A stretch of 64,000 nt of DNA from Armatimonadota bacterium (GCA_041690135.1 JAWLHY010000016.1:96001-160000); one strand, 5' to 3'. Counted from the first letter of the stretch, positions 49,760-63,858 are shown. Notes: generated by a model from the sequence alone, not told the origin. Translations and numbers: made by a program.

Positions 49760-50310
49760 CCTGCCCCCTCATAGCACTTCCGGAACTCCGCGCGAGCCCG
49801 GTGGAGACGCATCTTTACGGCGGGAAGGGAGACCCCCAGGACCTGCGCGATCTCCGGTCCGCTGAGGCCTTCCCAGAACTGCAGCACCAGCACGACGCGG
49901 TGCTCTTCACTCAACTGCGCCAGCGCCGCGCGTACCGCGACCCCTTCGACTACGGCCGGCGACCGGTCCGCCACATCGGCGGTGAACTCCGTCAGTTCCA
50001 GCGTTTCCCGGCGCTTCCGAAGCAGTCCCAACGCTTCGTTGACCGCGATGCGATAGACCCAGGTCTTGAGGGCGCTGTCACCCCGAAACCGGGGGAGTTC
50101 CCTGAAGGCGCGGACAAAGGCCGCCTGGGTGGCATCTTCGGCGTCTTCGGCGCGTCCGGTGAGGCGGAAGCAGAGGGAGTAGACCAGGTCGCGATAGGTG
50201 CTGTAAAACCGTTCCAGCGCCCAGGGCTCGCTGCGCCGCGCCGCGGCTACCCAGGATTCTTCGGCGCATCTATTCCGGCGTAGCCATAGCGCACAGAACG
50301 CGGTTTCCAC
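49756..50310 (-). CDS. ECF RNA polymerase sigma factor
   Basis: DAEDATQAAF, FRGDSALKTWVYRIAVN, EIAQVLG...VKMRLHRAR. Confidence 0.95.
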   Translation of the reverse strand: METAFCALWLRRNRCAEESWVAAARRSEPWALERFYSTYRDLVYSLCFRLTGRAEDAEDATQAAFVRAFRELPRFRGDSALKTWVYRIAVNEALGLLRKRRETLELTEFTADVADRSPAVVEGVAVRAALAQLSEEHRVVLVLQFWEGLSGPEIAQVLGVSLPAVKMRLHRARAEFRKCYEGAG

Positions 50311-50449
50311 TCGCCCTCTCCTCGCACGGGAAAGTTGGCCGTATCAGCAAGCGCCAGGTGGTCCGGACGCCGGGCGACGGCCCTTCATTCCCTTTGATGG
50401 ATGGAGAGCGTGAATGGTCACGGGTGAGCGACCCGGTTTTTTCGGAAGG

Positions 50450-51253
50450 CTAGGAAGCGGGGGCCGGCGCAGTCCGCCGCGGCTCCCCTTCGCCTTGTGG
50501 GGCGGGAGAGGCGTGCTTCTGTAACCAGAACCACCAGACGACCGAAAGGCCGATGACCAGAAAGGAAAAGGCCTGGGCTTCCGTCAGTCCGAACGCAAAG
50601 ACGTCGGCCGTAACTCCCTTGCGGAGCGCTTCGATCGCGAAGCGATAGACGGAATACCCTCCCAGGTACAGGGCCAGGATTTGACCGTTTCGGTGCGGTC
50701 GTAGGTAGGCCCGCGCCAGCAGGGCCGCCAGCACCAGGTTGATGCCCAGCGCATACAACTGCGTGGGATGGTAGTGAAGCCCCACCTGCCCCTCCCGGAA
50801 CGGCATTCCCCAGGGTAGGTCGGTCGGAACCCCGTAGCAGCAGCCGTTGAGGAAGCAGCCCACCCGGCCGATGGCATATCCCAGGGCGAGCCCCGGACCG
50901 GCAGCATCCGCCATCGCCAGGATCGGGATTCTCCGCCACCGCATGTACAGGGAGCCGGAGATGATCCCCGCCGCCGCGCCCCCGTGGAACGACATGCCGC
51001 CTTGCCAGATGGCGCCGATATGGCTCACGTCCCGTGAGAAGGTCTCCCAGTTCAGCAGCACAAAGAGGAGGCGTGCCCCGAGGATGCTGGAGAAGAGGAT
51101 CACCACGGCGGCGTCGAGGAAGGCCTCCCCCGGCAGGCCGCGCTTCCGGGCCAGGTTGGCGGAGAGATAGGAGCCGGCGATGAACCCGAGCACGACCATC
51201 AGGCCGAAGGAATAGAGCTTGATTGGACCGAGTTCGAAAATTATGGGATGCAT
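50450..51253 (-). CDS. lgt: prolipoprotein diacylglyceryl transferase
   Basis: GGMSFHGG, IGRVGCFLNGCCYG, HPTQLY, YRFAIE. Confidence 0.96.
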   Translation of the reverse strand: MHPIIFELGPIKLYSFGLMVVLGFIAGSYLSANLARKRGLPGEAFLDAAVVILFSSILGARLLFVLLNWETFSRDVSHIGAIWQGGMSFHGGAAAGIISGSLYMRWRRIPILAMADAAGPGLALGYAIGRVGCFLNGCCYGVPTDLPWGMPFREGQVGLHYHPTQLYALGINLVLAALLARAYLRPHRNGQILALYLGGYSVYRFAIEALRKGVTADVFAFGLTEAQAFSFLVIGLSVVWWFWLQKHASPAPQGEGEPRRTAPAPAS

Positions 51254-51300
51254 AACTTAAATATTGCGTGCTGCGTATTGCGTGCTCGAACCGCCTTGCC

Positions 51301-51849
51301 TCAGTGGCCGGGCAGGTCGGTGGCTCCGTGATCTTCTCTCGGGCTGGGGCACGCCGTAGGCGTGTCCTCGGTGGCTCTAGCTTCCTCCGCAGGCTGGAGA
51401 AAAAGGAAGTAGACCATCAGGCAGACCGCGCCCACAGAGATGGCGCTGTCCGCAATATTGAATACGGGCCACTGGAACCAGTCGTTGACGTCGATGAAGT
51501 CGATCACCTTGCCGAGGCGGAGGCGGTCGATCATGTTGCCGATAGCCCCCCCGAAAGGCAACGACAAACCGAGAACCAGCAAAGGATGGACCGGCTCACC
51601 GCCCTCCAACAGCCGGTGACGGTAGATCAGGATTCCGGCCACGGCCGCCAGGCCGGCAAGGGCCAACAGCGGTCCCGCGCCCCGAAGTTGACCGAAAGCC
51701 ATTCCGGTGTTGTAGACGTGGGTGAAGGAAAGGAACCCCGGCAAGACGGATACCGTGCCCCGCGGGGCCAGCCAGGTCTCGGCCGCGTACTTGGTCCACT
51801 GGTCGATTCCCACCACCAGGACCGCGATGATCCAGAACCCTATCCGCAA
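51301..51849 (-). CDS. lspA: lipoprotein signal peptidase II
   Basis: DQWTK, NTGMAFG, GAIGNMIDR, VIDF, FNIADSAI; probable TTG start. Confidence 0.95.
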   Translation of the reverse strand: MRIGFWIIAVLVVGIDQWTKYAAETWLAPRGTVSVLPGFLSFTHVYNTGMAFGQLRGAGPLLALAGLAAVAGILIYRHRLLEGGEPVHPLLVLGLSLPFGGAIGNMIDRLRLGKVIDFIDVNDWFQWPVFNIADSAISVGAVCLMVYFLFLQPAEEARATEDTPTACPSPREDHGATDLPGH

Positions 51850-51876
51850 ATCGGCGCCTTCATTTCCCGAGATAAG

Positions 51877-51934
51877 GGGAGGCAGAATCCCAGGCCTCCC
51901 GTTCATCCTCATCGAGTGGGATGAGGAATGTCAA
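51877..51934 (-). promoter_or_regulatory. lspA-lgt upstream region: TTGACA followed by a palindrome, then a hairpin
   Basis: TTGACA (51929-51934), TCCTCATC-N6-GATGAGGA (51906-51927), GGGAGGC/GCCTCCC (51877-51900); -10 is weak. Confidence 0.4.
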
Positions 51935-52157
51935 GTAAGGGAACCCCATTAGATCCATCGGAAGTAGCAGCCGTTCCTCTCGGACTTGCGAGCTAAGATG
52001 GAGAGCTCCCGGCTCACGTGCGGAGCCTGGAGCCCACGGCTGTATGCACCGGGCGCCGGGATCGCGCACCTTAGCACCTGGCGCAAACCGCCGCTCCGAG
52101 TATTCCGCGCCGGTTCTCGATGTTTTCGCGTCGCTTTCCGAGTGTCACTGGTCGCCA

Positions 52158-55100
52158 ATGAGACTACCCTACGCCTTCCGTGTCATCCTGGTTACGCTGC
52201 TGCTCCCGCTTCTCTTTACGGCACTCCTCGCCCGTCAGGGAACTGCGGGGGTGACCGCCAGCATTTTGCTGGTTACCAATTCGGCCGACTCCGGGCCGGG
52301 ATCTTTCCGGGACGCACTTAACCAGTCGAACCAGCTCGCGGGTCATCAGCAGATCCACTTCGCTATCGACGGGGCAGGACCCCATGTGATCACGCCCGTG
52401 GACCCCCTTCCGGACGTCGTGGATCCGGTGAGCATCGACGGATATACCCAGCCCGGCGCCGTAGTGAATACCGACCCAAACGCGGTGACTGCCAGCCTGA
52501 AGGTGCAGATCAGCGGAACGAACATCAACGAAGGTTCGGGGCTGACCCTCCTCGCGGGGGACTGCGACATTCGCGGCCTTTGCATTACCGGCTTCACCTT
52601 CGGCCAGGGAATCCTCATCACCGAAGGCGGCAATAACGTCATCCGGGGCTGTTTCCTGGGAATGAACCCGGACGGTGGGCAGCCGTCTACCAGCACCAAC
52701 ACGACGGGCGTCGTCATCGACAGTTCCTCCGGCAACCGCATCGGGGGGACCCTGCCAGAAGACCGCAACCTGATTTCCGGACAGAAGGGCGCATTCGGGG
52801 AACCCGGTTACGGCGTGGTGGTTGCCGGGTTCTCGTCGGCGGGCAACGTGATCGAGGGCAACCTCATCGGGCCCACCCGGACGGGGGCCAACTCGATCCT
52901 GAATGACCAGATCGGGATCTTCATCTCCAACGCGCCGGAGACCCGGATCGGTGGAACCCAACCCGGTAGCCGGAACCTGATTTCCGGAAACGACGATACC
53001 GGAATTCGCATCGAAGGGCCGGGTGCAACCGACACGCTGGTCCAGGGGAATTTCATCGGCACGGACGTGACGGGCGCATATCCCGTTCCCAACTTCGGGC
53101 ACGGAATCCACATGCTGGACGGCGCCAGCCGCACCGTTGTCGGGGGAGCCACGGCGGAGGCGCGGAACGTCATTTCCGGCAACGCGGATTGGGGCGTCTA
53201 CATCGAATCGTTCGAGTCGCAGAGTGATAGCACGGTGATCCAGGGCAACTATATCGGCACCGATAGCGAGGGCGCGGAGGCGGCGCTCAACGGCCAGGGC
53301 GGTGTTTTCGTGCTCGACAGTCCCTACACACAGATCGGTGGTCCCTACCCAGGCGAGGGCAACACCATTTCCGGCAACGGCGCGATCCTGGGCGCGGGTA
53401 TCCACCTGGAAGGCACCGGCACGGTTTCCACCTACATCCAGGGGAACCGGATCGGCACGGACGCGACGGGCACGCAGCCGCTGGGTAATGTGGGCGAGGG
53501 CATCCGGATCAACTCGGCCAGCGATACGCAGGTCGGGGCAACCAGCATCCCACCCACCTCCGCCCTCGGGCGCCAGTCTTCCTACACACCCGGGAACATC
53601 ATCGGGGCGAATGGCGCGGGGATCATCATCTACGCGCTGGCGGGCGGCACGCCGTTCAATAACCGGATCGAGGGCAACTTCATCGGCACGGACGCGACAG
53701 GATCTCTGAACCTCGGAAACGGAACCGTTGGAATTGAGATCCGCAATGGCGAAAGCAATCCCGTGGGCGGTGTGCTCCCCGGCGCGGGCAATACCATCGC
53801 CTTCAACGGAGAGGCTGGAGTGGCGATCAGCCAGAGTTCCCGCTTCAACCCCATCCTGGGCAACCGCTTCTACGCCAACGGTTCCATCGGCATTGACCTG
53901 TCATTGGGTCAACTCCTGCAGAACGGGCCTACCGCCAACGACCCGGGCGACATCGACAACGGGCCGAACGACCTGCAGAACTTTCCGGTCCTGACCGGCG
54001 TGCAGAAGGGCACTTCGACGGTCATCGACGGAACACTCGACAGCAAGCCATTGGAAACGTTCCGCATCGAGTTCTTCAGCAGCGACACCCTGGACCCGTC
54101 CGGCTTTGGTGAAGGGCAGCGCTACCTCGGTGCCACCAACGTCACCACGGACAGTAGCGGCATGGCCATCTTCTCCACCTCCCTTCCCGTGCAGTTGGGC
54201 TCTACGGAAGTGGTCACGGCTACCGCGACCGACTCGCTGCGCAATACGTCCGAGTTCTCCGGCCCTCCCGGTGTAGCGGACACCACGCCCCCGGTCATCG
54301 TCGATTGTTCGGTCACTCCGCTCCAGTTACCGCGCGCGGGCGGCAGCGTGACCGTACGAGCCACGGTCACGGATAACCAGAAAGTGCAGGACGTGGTGGT
54401 CTACTTCTTGCCTGGAAGCGTCGGGACCGGCGCACGCGCCCCGGGGATACGCCGCAGCATCTCCGCCGCCAGCGCTATCAACACCACCCTGCAGCCCATT
54501 GGAGGGGATGTTTACGAGGGAGCGGTCGTTCTGCCTCCCAACGGCACGCAGGCGGACCAGGTGTACGAGGTTCTGCTGATCGCCAGCGACGTCGCGGGGA
54601 ACCCGGACAGTGAGTACTGCGATCCGGTAACGGTCAGCGGAAGCGCGGATACAACTCCCCCCTTCGTCTCCGAATGCGGATTCAACCCCACCCAACTCCC
54701 TCAGGCTGGCGGGAAGATCGATCTCTACGTGGTCGCGACTGACGACACAGCGGTCGCAGTGGTACGCGCCCGCATAGCGCGCCCGAACGGCACCAATACC
54801 GTCTTCGATCTGGTGGCCGGGGCGAACAACCGGTTCACCGGCTCTTTCACGGCGCCCGGCAACTTCTCGGGCTCTCCACAGCAGTACGGGATTTACTTCG
54901 AAGCTTTGGACGCGGGAGGCAACCTAAGGGACGTCACCTGCGGGTTCGCAACGGTGGCGGCTGACCAGACAGCTCCCGCATTCATCCGCTGCGATCTCTC
55001 CCCGTCCGTGCTCTCCTCTCAGGGAGGTACCGTGGCGGTGACCGCGGAGGTAACGGATGACGTCGCCGTGTTCCAGGTGGTAGGCTCCGTGCGCCGTCCG

Positions 55101-56306
55101 GACAACTCCACCGCGGATTTCGCGTTGGTCCGCCAGCCGGACGGCACCTTCCGTGGGACGTTCTTAGCTCCGGCGAATACCGCCACCGCCGACCAGACTT
55201 ACACCGTCACCCTCAAAGCCCGGGATACCTCGAACAATGCCGCCGAACAGCTTTGCGGCTCGTTCGTGGTCGCCCTGCAGGACCTGCTGGCGCCGGCGCT
55301 GTCCGCCCCGCAGGTTTCTCCTCGTGCGCTGCCGAATGCGGGCGGGGAAGTTGCCGTCGCCGTAACAGCGACAGACAACATCGGGGTGGAGCGCGTAACC
55401 GTGGTGCTCGTCCGGATCGGCGAAGCGCCCGTGACCGCCGAACTTGCGCCGCAAGGAGGCGGCTCGTACACGGGCACCGTGATCCTACCGCCGAATACAA
55501 CCACTCGCGATCGGATCTATGGGGTCGCCTTCTCCGCCGTGGATGCCACGGGCAACCGCACCACTCTCGAAGCCGGAGCGGTGACGGTCCAGGCCACCGA
55601 CCGGGAAGCTCCGCAGATTGCCAACTGCCGGGTGTCCCCGCGGACACTCCAGCCGGCTGGAGGGGAGGTGACCCTCGAGGCGACGGTTCGCGATAATGTA
55701 GCCGTCCAGTCGGTGGTGGCCACCGTCACCCTACCGGACGGCTCCGAGATATCGGTCCCCCTCCAGCGCACGACCGGCGATGCGTTTGCCGCCTCCTTCA
55801 CCGCCACCGAGAACCGGACGAACGCCCCCGAGGTCTACCAGATTCGCCTGACCGCCACTGATCCCAGCGGCAACACCCGTCACGTGGACTGCGGACGGGC
55901 CACGGTGGGGCCGCGGCGGCCGGGCCGGCTCCGCCTCTCTTCCAGCGGCATCGAGTTTGGGCGAGTCGAGCGGGGGGAGATCGCCACCAAACGGTTGGTG
56001 CTGCGCAACGACGGGTCCGATACCCAGATCGTGGGGTCGATCCAGCTACTCCTGCCTCCCTTCCAGGTATTCATCGACGAAGGCGGCAAGTTGAAAGCAA
56101 TAGCGGCCCAGGGGAAGACGGGTGAGCCGGTGAGTGTTCCGCTGAACCTGGGTCCGGGAGAATCGCTGGCGTTGGTGATCGAGTTTGCTCCGGAGCACCT
56201 GGGCCGGTATCGGCAGCTTCTGCAGATCGAGACCAACGATCCCATTCGGCCCCGCATCCGCGTGCGCGTCTCGGGGCACGCCTGCCGGCTGGTGCGCCGC
56301 CGGTAA
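52158..56306 (+). CDS. large surface protein: parallel beta-helix repeats, five Ig-like repeats, C-terminal ASH/choice-of-anchor-D-like domain
   Basis: Signal peptide; VTNSADSGPGSFRDA; repeated IQGNxIGTD and RNLISGN; GPNDLQNFP; 5x DxxxP...GG..V...VTD. Confidence 0.88.
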   Translation: MRLPYAFRVILVTLLLPLLFTALLARQGTAGVTASILLVTNSADSGPGSFRDALNQSNQLAGHQQIHFAIDGAGPHVITPVDPLPDVVDPVSIDGYTQPGAVVNTDPNAVTASLKVQISGTNINEGSGLTLLAGDCDIRGLCITGFTFGQGILITEGGNNVIRGCFLGMNPDGGQPSTSTNTTGVVIDSSSGNRIGGTLPEDRNLISGQKGAFGEPGYGVVVAGFSSAGNVIEGNLIGPTRTGANSILNDQIGIFISNAPETRIGGTQPGSRNLISGNDDTGIRIEGPGATDTLVQGNFIGTDVTGAYPVPNFGHGIHMLDGASRTVVGGATAEARNVISGNADWGVYIESFESQSDSTVIQGNYIGTDSEGAEAALNGQGGVFVLDSPYTQIGGPYPGEGNTISGNGAILGAGIHLEGTGTVSTYIQGNRIGTDATGTQPLGNVGEGIRINSASDTQVGATSIPPTSALGRQSSYTPGNIIGANGAGIIIYALAGGTPFNNRIEGNFIGTDATGSLNLGNGTVGIEIRNGESNPVGGVLPGAGNTIAFNGEAGVAISQSSRFNPILGNRFYANGSIGIDLSLGQLLQNGPTANDPGDIDNGPNDLQNFPVLTGVQKGTSTVIDGTLDSKPLETFRIEFFSSDTLDPSGFGEGQRYLGATNVTTDSSGMAIFSTSLPVQLGSTEVVTATATDSLRNTSEFSGPPGVADTTPPVIVDCSVTPLQLPRAGGSVTVRATVTDNQKVQDVVVYFLPGSVGTGARAPGIRRSISAASAINTTLQPIGGDVYEGAVVLPPNGTQADQVYEVLLIASDVAGNPDSEYCDPVTVSGSADTTPPFVSECGFNPTQLPQAGGKIDLYVVATDDTAVAVVRARIARPNGTNTVFDLVAGANNRFTGSFTAPGNFSGSPQQYGIYFEALDAGGNLRDVTCGFATVAADQTAPAFIRCDLSPSVLSSQGGTVAVTAEVTDDVAVFQVVGSVRRPDNSTADFALVRQPDGTFRGTFLAPANTATADQTYTVTLKARDTSNNAAEQLCGSFVVALQDLLAPALSAPQVSPRALPNAGGEVAVAVTATDNIGVERVTVVLVRIGEAPVTAELAPQGGGSYTGTVILPPNTTTRDRIYGVAFSAVDATGNRTTLEAGAVTVQATDREAPQIANCRVSPRTLQPAGGEVTLEATVRDNVAVQSVVATVTLPDGSEISVPLQRTTGDAFAASFTATENRTNAPEVYQIRLTATDPSGNTRHVDCGRATVGPRRPGRLRLSSSGIEFGRVERGEIATKRLVLRNDGSDTQIVGSIQLLLPPFQVFIDEGGKLKAIAAQGKTGEPVSVPLNLGPGESLALVIEFAPEHLGRYRQLLQIETNDPIRPRIRVRVSGHACRLVRRR

Positions 56307-56332
56307 CCTTCCGGCGAGATCATCGCGAGCGA

Positions 56333-56364
56333 TAAGGGATGCCGGAGTGGTCCGGCATCCCTTA
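56333..56364. terminator. bidirectional terminator between convergent genes
   Basis: TAAGGGATGCCGGA-GTGG-TCCGGCATCCCTTA perfect 14-bp stem. Confidence 0.75.
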
Positions 56365-56370
56365 CGCACT

Positions 56371-60009
<3,639 letters not shown>

Positions 60010-60217
60010 GGAGTGAGGGAGCGACCCGGGTGCGGCGCCTTCTGGGACCGTACTGTAATGTTATCCTGTTCGACAGGATACACGGAAGGCTCAACAGGTT
60101 TTTCGCCGTCGGCTCTTTGGGGCTCCGGAATCGACCCAACTCCCAGGCTTCCGGGGCGGGCGAGACGCCCGCCCTACTCCACTCGCCACCGGCTCCGTTC
60201 GTCCTCTTCGCACATGC

Positions 60218-62467
60218 TTACGCACTCACCGGGATGGCTATCTGGATCCGGGCTTCCATAGGGGGGTAACATTGGCGCTCGTCGCAGGCCTGAATTCTCA
60301 CCAGCAGCTTTGCCGGATAGGCGCCCGGAGACAGGTCCGCATCCGCCTCCAACTCCACCGAAAGCGTCACCGAACCGGAGTAGACGGAAAGGGCATCGTC
60401 CTGAAACGGCGCCTGGTGGGCTTCTCCAGGTGGGTAGTGGTACCCGACTACGGTGAAGCCGGGCGTCTCCTGAACTTCGATCACGGTGGGAATGAGGTAC
60501 TCCTGAAGGGGCGCGTGGCTGTTGATGTGATTTCCCGGCGCTACGTCGAGCACGATATCGATGCGGATGCGCCCGCCCGGAGCGACGGACGGTTGAGAGA
60601 GGTTGGCTTCCACCTCCACCGCGTCGGCACCGGCGATGCGGATGCCGCCGGGCCACTCGCGGAGGTATTCGTTTGCGGCGACCAGCATGTTCGGAAAACC
60701 GGCGGGTAGTTCGTCCATGAGGGGCGATGCCAGGGCCAGCATCTCCGCGGCCTGCCGCCGGTGGTCCTCATCCCCGGTAATGTGGGCCGCGCGGATGTGG
60801 GCCAGGACCGCCATGGAAGCCCCGGACGGGGTGGCGCCATCCTGGAACCCCTTGGCACGGGTGATGAGCTGCTCGTGGTCGTGGCTGGTGAAGTAGTAAC
60901 CGCCGTCGGTCGCATCCCAGAAGCGAGCTTCGAGTTGTTCCAGCAGCCGCAAGCCCTCGTCTTTCCACCGCTCGTTGCCCGTGGCCAGGTGGAGGTCCAG
61001 GAGCGCAAGCGACAGATAGCTGTAGTCTTCCAGGTAGGCGTTCAGCCCCGCCTGGCCATTGCGATAGGAACGGAGGAGGCGGCCTCCCTCCCGCATCCGG
61101 GTCAGCACGAATTCGGCGGCATGTTCGGCGGCCTCGCGGTACCGGTCGTCCCGCAACACCCGGTATCCTTCCGCAAACGCACGGATCATCAATCCGTTCC
61201 AGCCGGAAAGGATCTTGTCGTCCAGCAGCGGATGGACACGTTTCTCGCGGTGCTCCCACAGCTTCCGGCGCAGGGCGCCGAGGCGGGCGTCCAGATCCTC
61301 CACCCCGGTGTGCAACTCCTGGGCCCAATCATCCAGGTTGCGATTCAACAAGTTGGGGATGCTGTGCCCCTCCCAGTTGCCACCGCGCGAGATGTCGTAG
61401 ATGCGGCAGAAAAGGGATCCATCCTCCGCCCCGAGCACCGCCTCGACTTCCTCCGGGTCCCAGACGAAAAACTTCCCTTCCACCCCTTCGCTGTCGGCGT
61501 CGGTCGTGGAGTAAATGCCGCCTTCGGGGTGGGTCATTTCCCGCAAGATGTAATCGAAGATCTCCCGGGCCACCCGGCCGTAGAACCAGTTCTGCGTCTC
61601 TTCAAAAGCGAGCGTGTAAACTCGGGATAGAAGGGCATTGTCGTACAGCATCTTCTCGAAGTGGGGCACCAGCCACTTCTCGTCCACGCTGTACCGGTGG
61701 AAACCGCCGCCTACCTGGTCGTACATTCCGCCCCGTGCCATCATTTCGAGCGTGTGGTCGGCGATGCGCAGCAACCGCAGATTGTTCTCCTGGTGGTGGC
61801 GTCGAAGGAACAGCTCCAGCCGCATGCTCGGCGGGAACTTGGGGGCCTGCCCGAAGCCCCCGTAAGCGGGCTCGTAGCCGCGCTCGAACGCCTGGACCGC
61901 GTTCTTGACCAGCGTTTCATTCACGGCACCCTGGCCCTGTGCCCCGCCGGTAAACTGCTCCATTGCCTCGACGACACGATCCGCCTGGGTGAGGACCTCC
62001 GCCCGTCGCTCCCGCCACGCCCGCGCCAGTTCCCGCAACAGTGTCGGGAACCCGGGTCGCCCCCAGCGGTCCTCCGGCGGGAAATAGGTGCCGGCATAGA
62101 ACGGCTTGAGATCCGGCGTCAGAAAGACCGACATCGGCCAGCCGCCGCTGTGCGTGATGAGCTGGGTGGCCGCCATGTAGATCTCGTCCAGGTCCGGCCG
62201 TTCCTCCCGGTCCACCTTGATGCACACGAAGTCCTGGTTGAGTTGCTCCGCGATCGCCTCGCTTTCGAAGCTCTCCCGCTCCATTACGTGGCACCAGTGG
62301 CAGGCGGCATACCCGATGGAGAGAAAGATCGGCTTGTCCTCTTCCCGAGCAAGCCGGAGCGCTTCCTCGCCCCAGGGATACCAGTCCACCGGGTTGTGGG
62401 CATGCTGCAACAGGTACGGGCTCGTCGCGTCGATCAGGCGGTTGGTGTGTTGATGTTGAGCGCTCAT
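60218..62467 (-). CDS. yyaL: YyaL/SPATA20-like thioredoxin-domain protein fused to a DsbD-N-like domain
   Basis: [34 protein letters not shown]; C-terminal HINS...[11 protein letters not shown]. Confidence 0.9.
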   Translation of the reverse strand: MSAQHQHTNRLIDATSPYLLQHAHNPVDWYPWGEEALRLAREEDKPIFLSIGYAACHWCHVMERESFESEAIAEQLNQDFVCIKVDREERPDLDEIYMAATQLITHSGGWPMSVFLTPDLKPFYAGTYFPPEDRWGRPGFPTLLRELARAWRERRAEVLTQADRVVEAMEQFTGGAQGQGAVNETLVKNAVQAFERGYEPAYGGFGQAPKFPPSMRLELFLRRHHQENNLRLLRIADHTLEMMARGGMYDQVGGGFHRYSVDEKWLVPHFEKMLYDNALLSRVYTLAFEETQNWFYGRVAREIFDYILREMTHPEGGIYSTTDADSEGVEGKFFVWDPEEVEAVLGAEDGSLFCRIYDISRGGNWEGHSIPNLLNRNLDDWAQELHTGVEDLDARLGALRRKLWEHREKRVHPLLDDKILSGWNGLMIRAFAEGYRVLRDDRYREAAEHAAEFVLTRMREGGRLLRSYRNGQAGLNAYLEDYSYLSLALLDLHLATGNERWKDEGLRLLEQLEARFWDATDGGYYFTSHDHEQLITRAKGFQDGATPSGASMAVLAHIRAAHITGDEDHRRQAAEMLALASPLMDELPAGFPNMLVAANEYLREWPGGIRIAGADAVEVEANLSQPSVAPGGRIRIDIVLDVAPGNHINSHAPLQEYLIPTVIEVQETPGFTVVGYHYPPGEAHQAPFQDDALSVYSGSVTLSVELEADADLSPGAYPAKLLVRIQACDERQCYPPMEARIQIAIPVSA

Positions 62468-62716
62468 CAGGCTTTCCCCCGGCAAATTCTCTCCTATTTA
62501 TCCCCCAGGGCTGCGGAAGACTACCCCCACCGTAAGTGAGGGCGCCAGGGTGTGAAGCGGACAGTAACGTACAGGACGGGACGTTCTCCACATGCTCGTC
62601 ACGCATTGCAAGGGAGTCGCCACGAACAAAGGGAGGGGCGTTGTGTCTGTTATCTCAACCGTTTAGAGGCGATTGACCCGGGGATTGAGCGCCGAGAGGG
62701 GCAGAGGCAGTAGTTT

Positions 62717-63745
62717 ATGCGTGGGTTTACTAACCAGATGCGGTTCGGGGCGGCGGCGGTGTTAGTGCTCGGAGGGGCGGCCTGGAGCGCTCACCTCCAC
62801 CAGGAGACGCCCCCCTACTCCGGAACGAGCCCGCAACAGATTCGAGAACTGGCCCAACGCATCCAACAGCAGCCGACAAGCAATACTCCCCTGTTCGTCC
62901 AGACCACTGGAGACCGAGGCTTTGAGATGCGCCGCTCAAGTCCCACGGTTCAGGTGTCTTCCACCCGACCCACCCCGGCGTCCACGCCGCCGCCTTCGCC
63001 TGCAAGCGAGGCCGGTGCCGGCGCGGCGGAGACGGATACGGCCGTCCCCACCGCTCCCGCCAACCCGGTCCAGAATATCGCCCTGATGGGGGTGACCCAC
63101 ATGGGGGAGGATGATCGAGCCTGGTTGGTGGATGTGGAAAGCCAGGAACGGGAAGTGGTGGGAGAAGGCGAAGAGGCCTTCGGGTTCACCCTCAAGACGA
63201 TCGACGACGAACAGGTGCTTCTGGTACGCGGAGACGAAGAATTTACCATCCGGATGGGCGACAAGCATATTCCGCCGCCGCCGGGCAGCGAAGCAGTCGC
63301 CGCTTCCACTCCGGCTTCCACGATGCCGGTCTCCAGCTACGGCGGCCCCTCGGGACGCTCGGACCGCCGGAGTCGTTTCTCCGGTTCGCCCAGCCGATCC
63401 TACTCCGGCAGCTCGAGTTCGCGCAGTTACGACCGTTCGTCCCGCTCGGATTACAGCAGCAGCCGCTTCTCCGGTCGCAGTTTCCCGTCTTCCAGCTTTA
63501 TGTCGGGAGCCTTTGGGAACAGCCGTAACAATAACCGCACGCCTAACTTCAACCGCCCGACCTCGAACCCACAGGAGGCCCGTCGCCGCAACGTGCGCCT
63601 GGTGGGGGGCGGCGACCCGATCGAATCGCCCGACCCGTTCAGCAATCCGCAAACTCTGCGCCGCCTCGGCAGCACCAGCAGCAGCGCCTTCGGGTCCAGC
63701 AACGCCCGCTCCAACTCTCGCAACAGCAACAGCCGTGGTCGCTAA
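62717..63745 (+). CDS. membrane-anchored protein with PilP/GspC-like domain and Ser/Arg-rich tail
   Basis: TM helix; IALMGVT...AWLVD...GE...GFTLKTIDDEQVLL; low-complexity C-terminus. Confidence 0.7.
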   Translation: MRGFTNQMRFGAAAVLVLGGAAWSAHLHQETPPYSGTSPQQIRELAQRIQQQPTSNTPLFVQTTGDRGFEMRRSSPTVQVSSTRPTPASTPPPSPASEAGAGAAETDTAVPTAPANPVQNIALMGVTHMGEDDRAWLVDVESQEREVVGEGEEAFGFTLKTIDDEQVLLVRGDEEFTIRMGDKHIPPPPGSEAVAASTPASTMPVSSYGGPSGRSDRRSRFSGSPSRSYSGSSSSRSYDRSSRSDYSSSRFSGRSFPSSSFMSGAFGNSRNNNRTPNFNRPTSNPQEARRRNVRLVGGGDPIESPDPFSNPQTLRRLGSTSSSAFGSSNARSNSRNSNSRGR

Positions 63746-63807
63746 CCATTTGCTGGATCTATCTTCTTGGTTGGTCGTGTAGACCCGTAAAGTAATGTCA
63801 CGGCCCC

Positions 63808-63858
63808 AGTCCGCGGAGGCGGACTTCGCGCCTTTCCAGCTTGCGACTTCCAGTCGCC
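63808..63858. repeat. REP-like double hairpin
   Basis: AGTCCGC-GGAG-GCGGACT followed by GCGACT-TCC-AGTCGC. Confidence 0.6.

Noticed and set aside
51262-51286. Heptamer tandem repeat (TATTGCG/TGCTGCG) between lspA and lgt
   Set aside because: Only ~3.5 units; not a CRISPR and too short to interpret
51939-51978. Superficial similarity to SRP RNA domain IV (GAACCCC...TCC...GGAAGTAGCAGC)
   Set aside because: Lacks the invariant CAGG and GNRA tetraloop, and lacks the long flanking helix
60062-60080. TATCCTGT-TCG-ACAGGATA palindrome upstream of the hybrid kinase
   Set aside because: Cannot distinguish operator, terminator or chance
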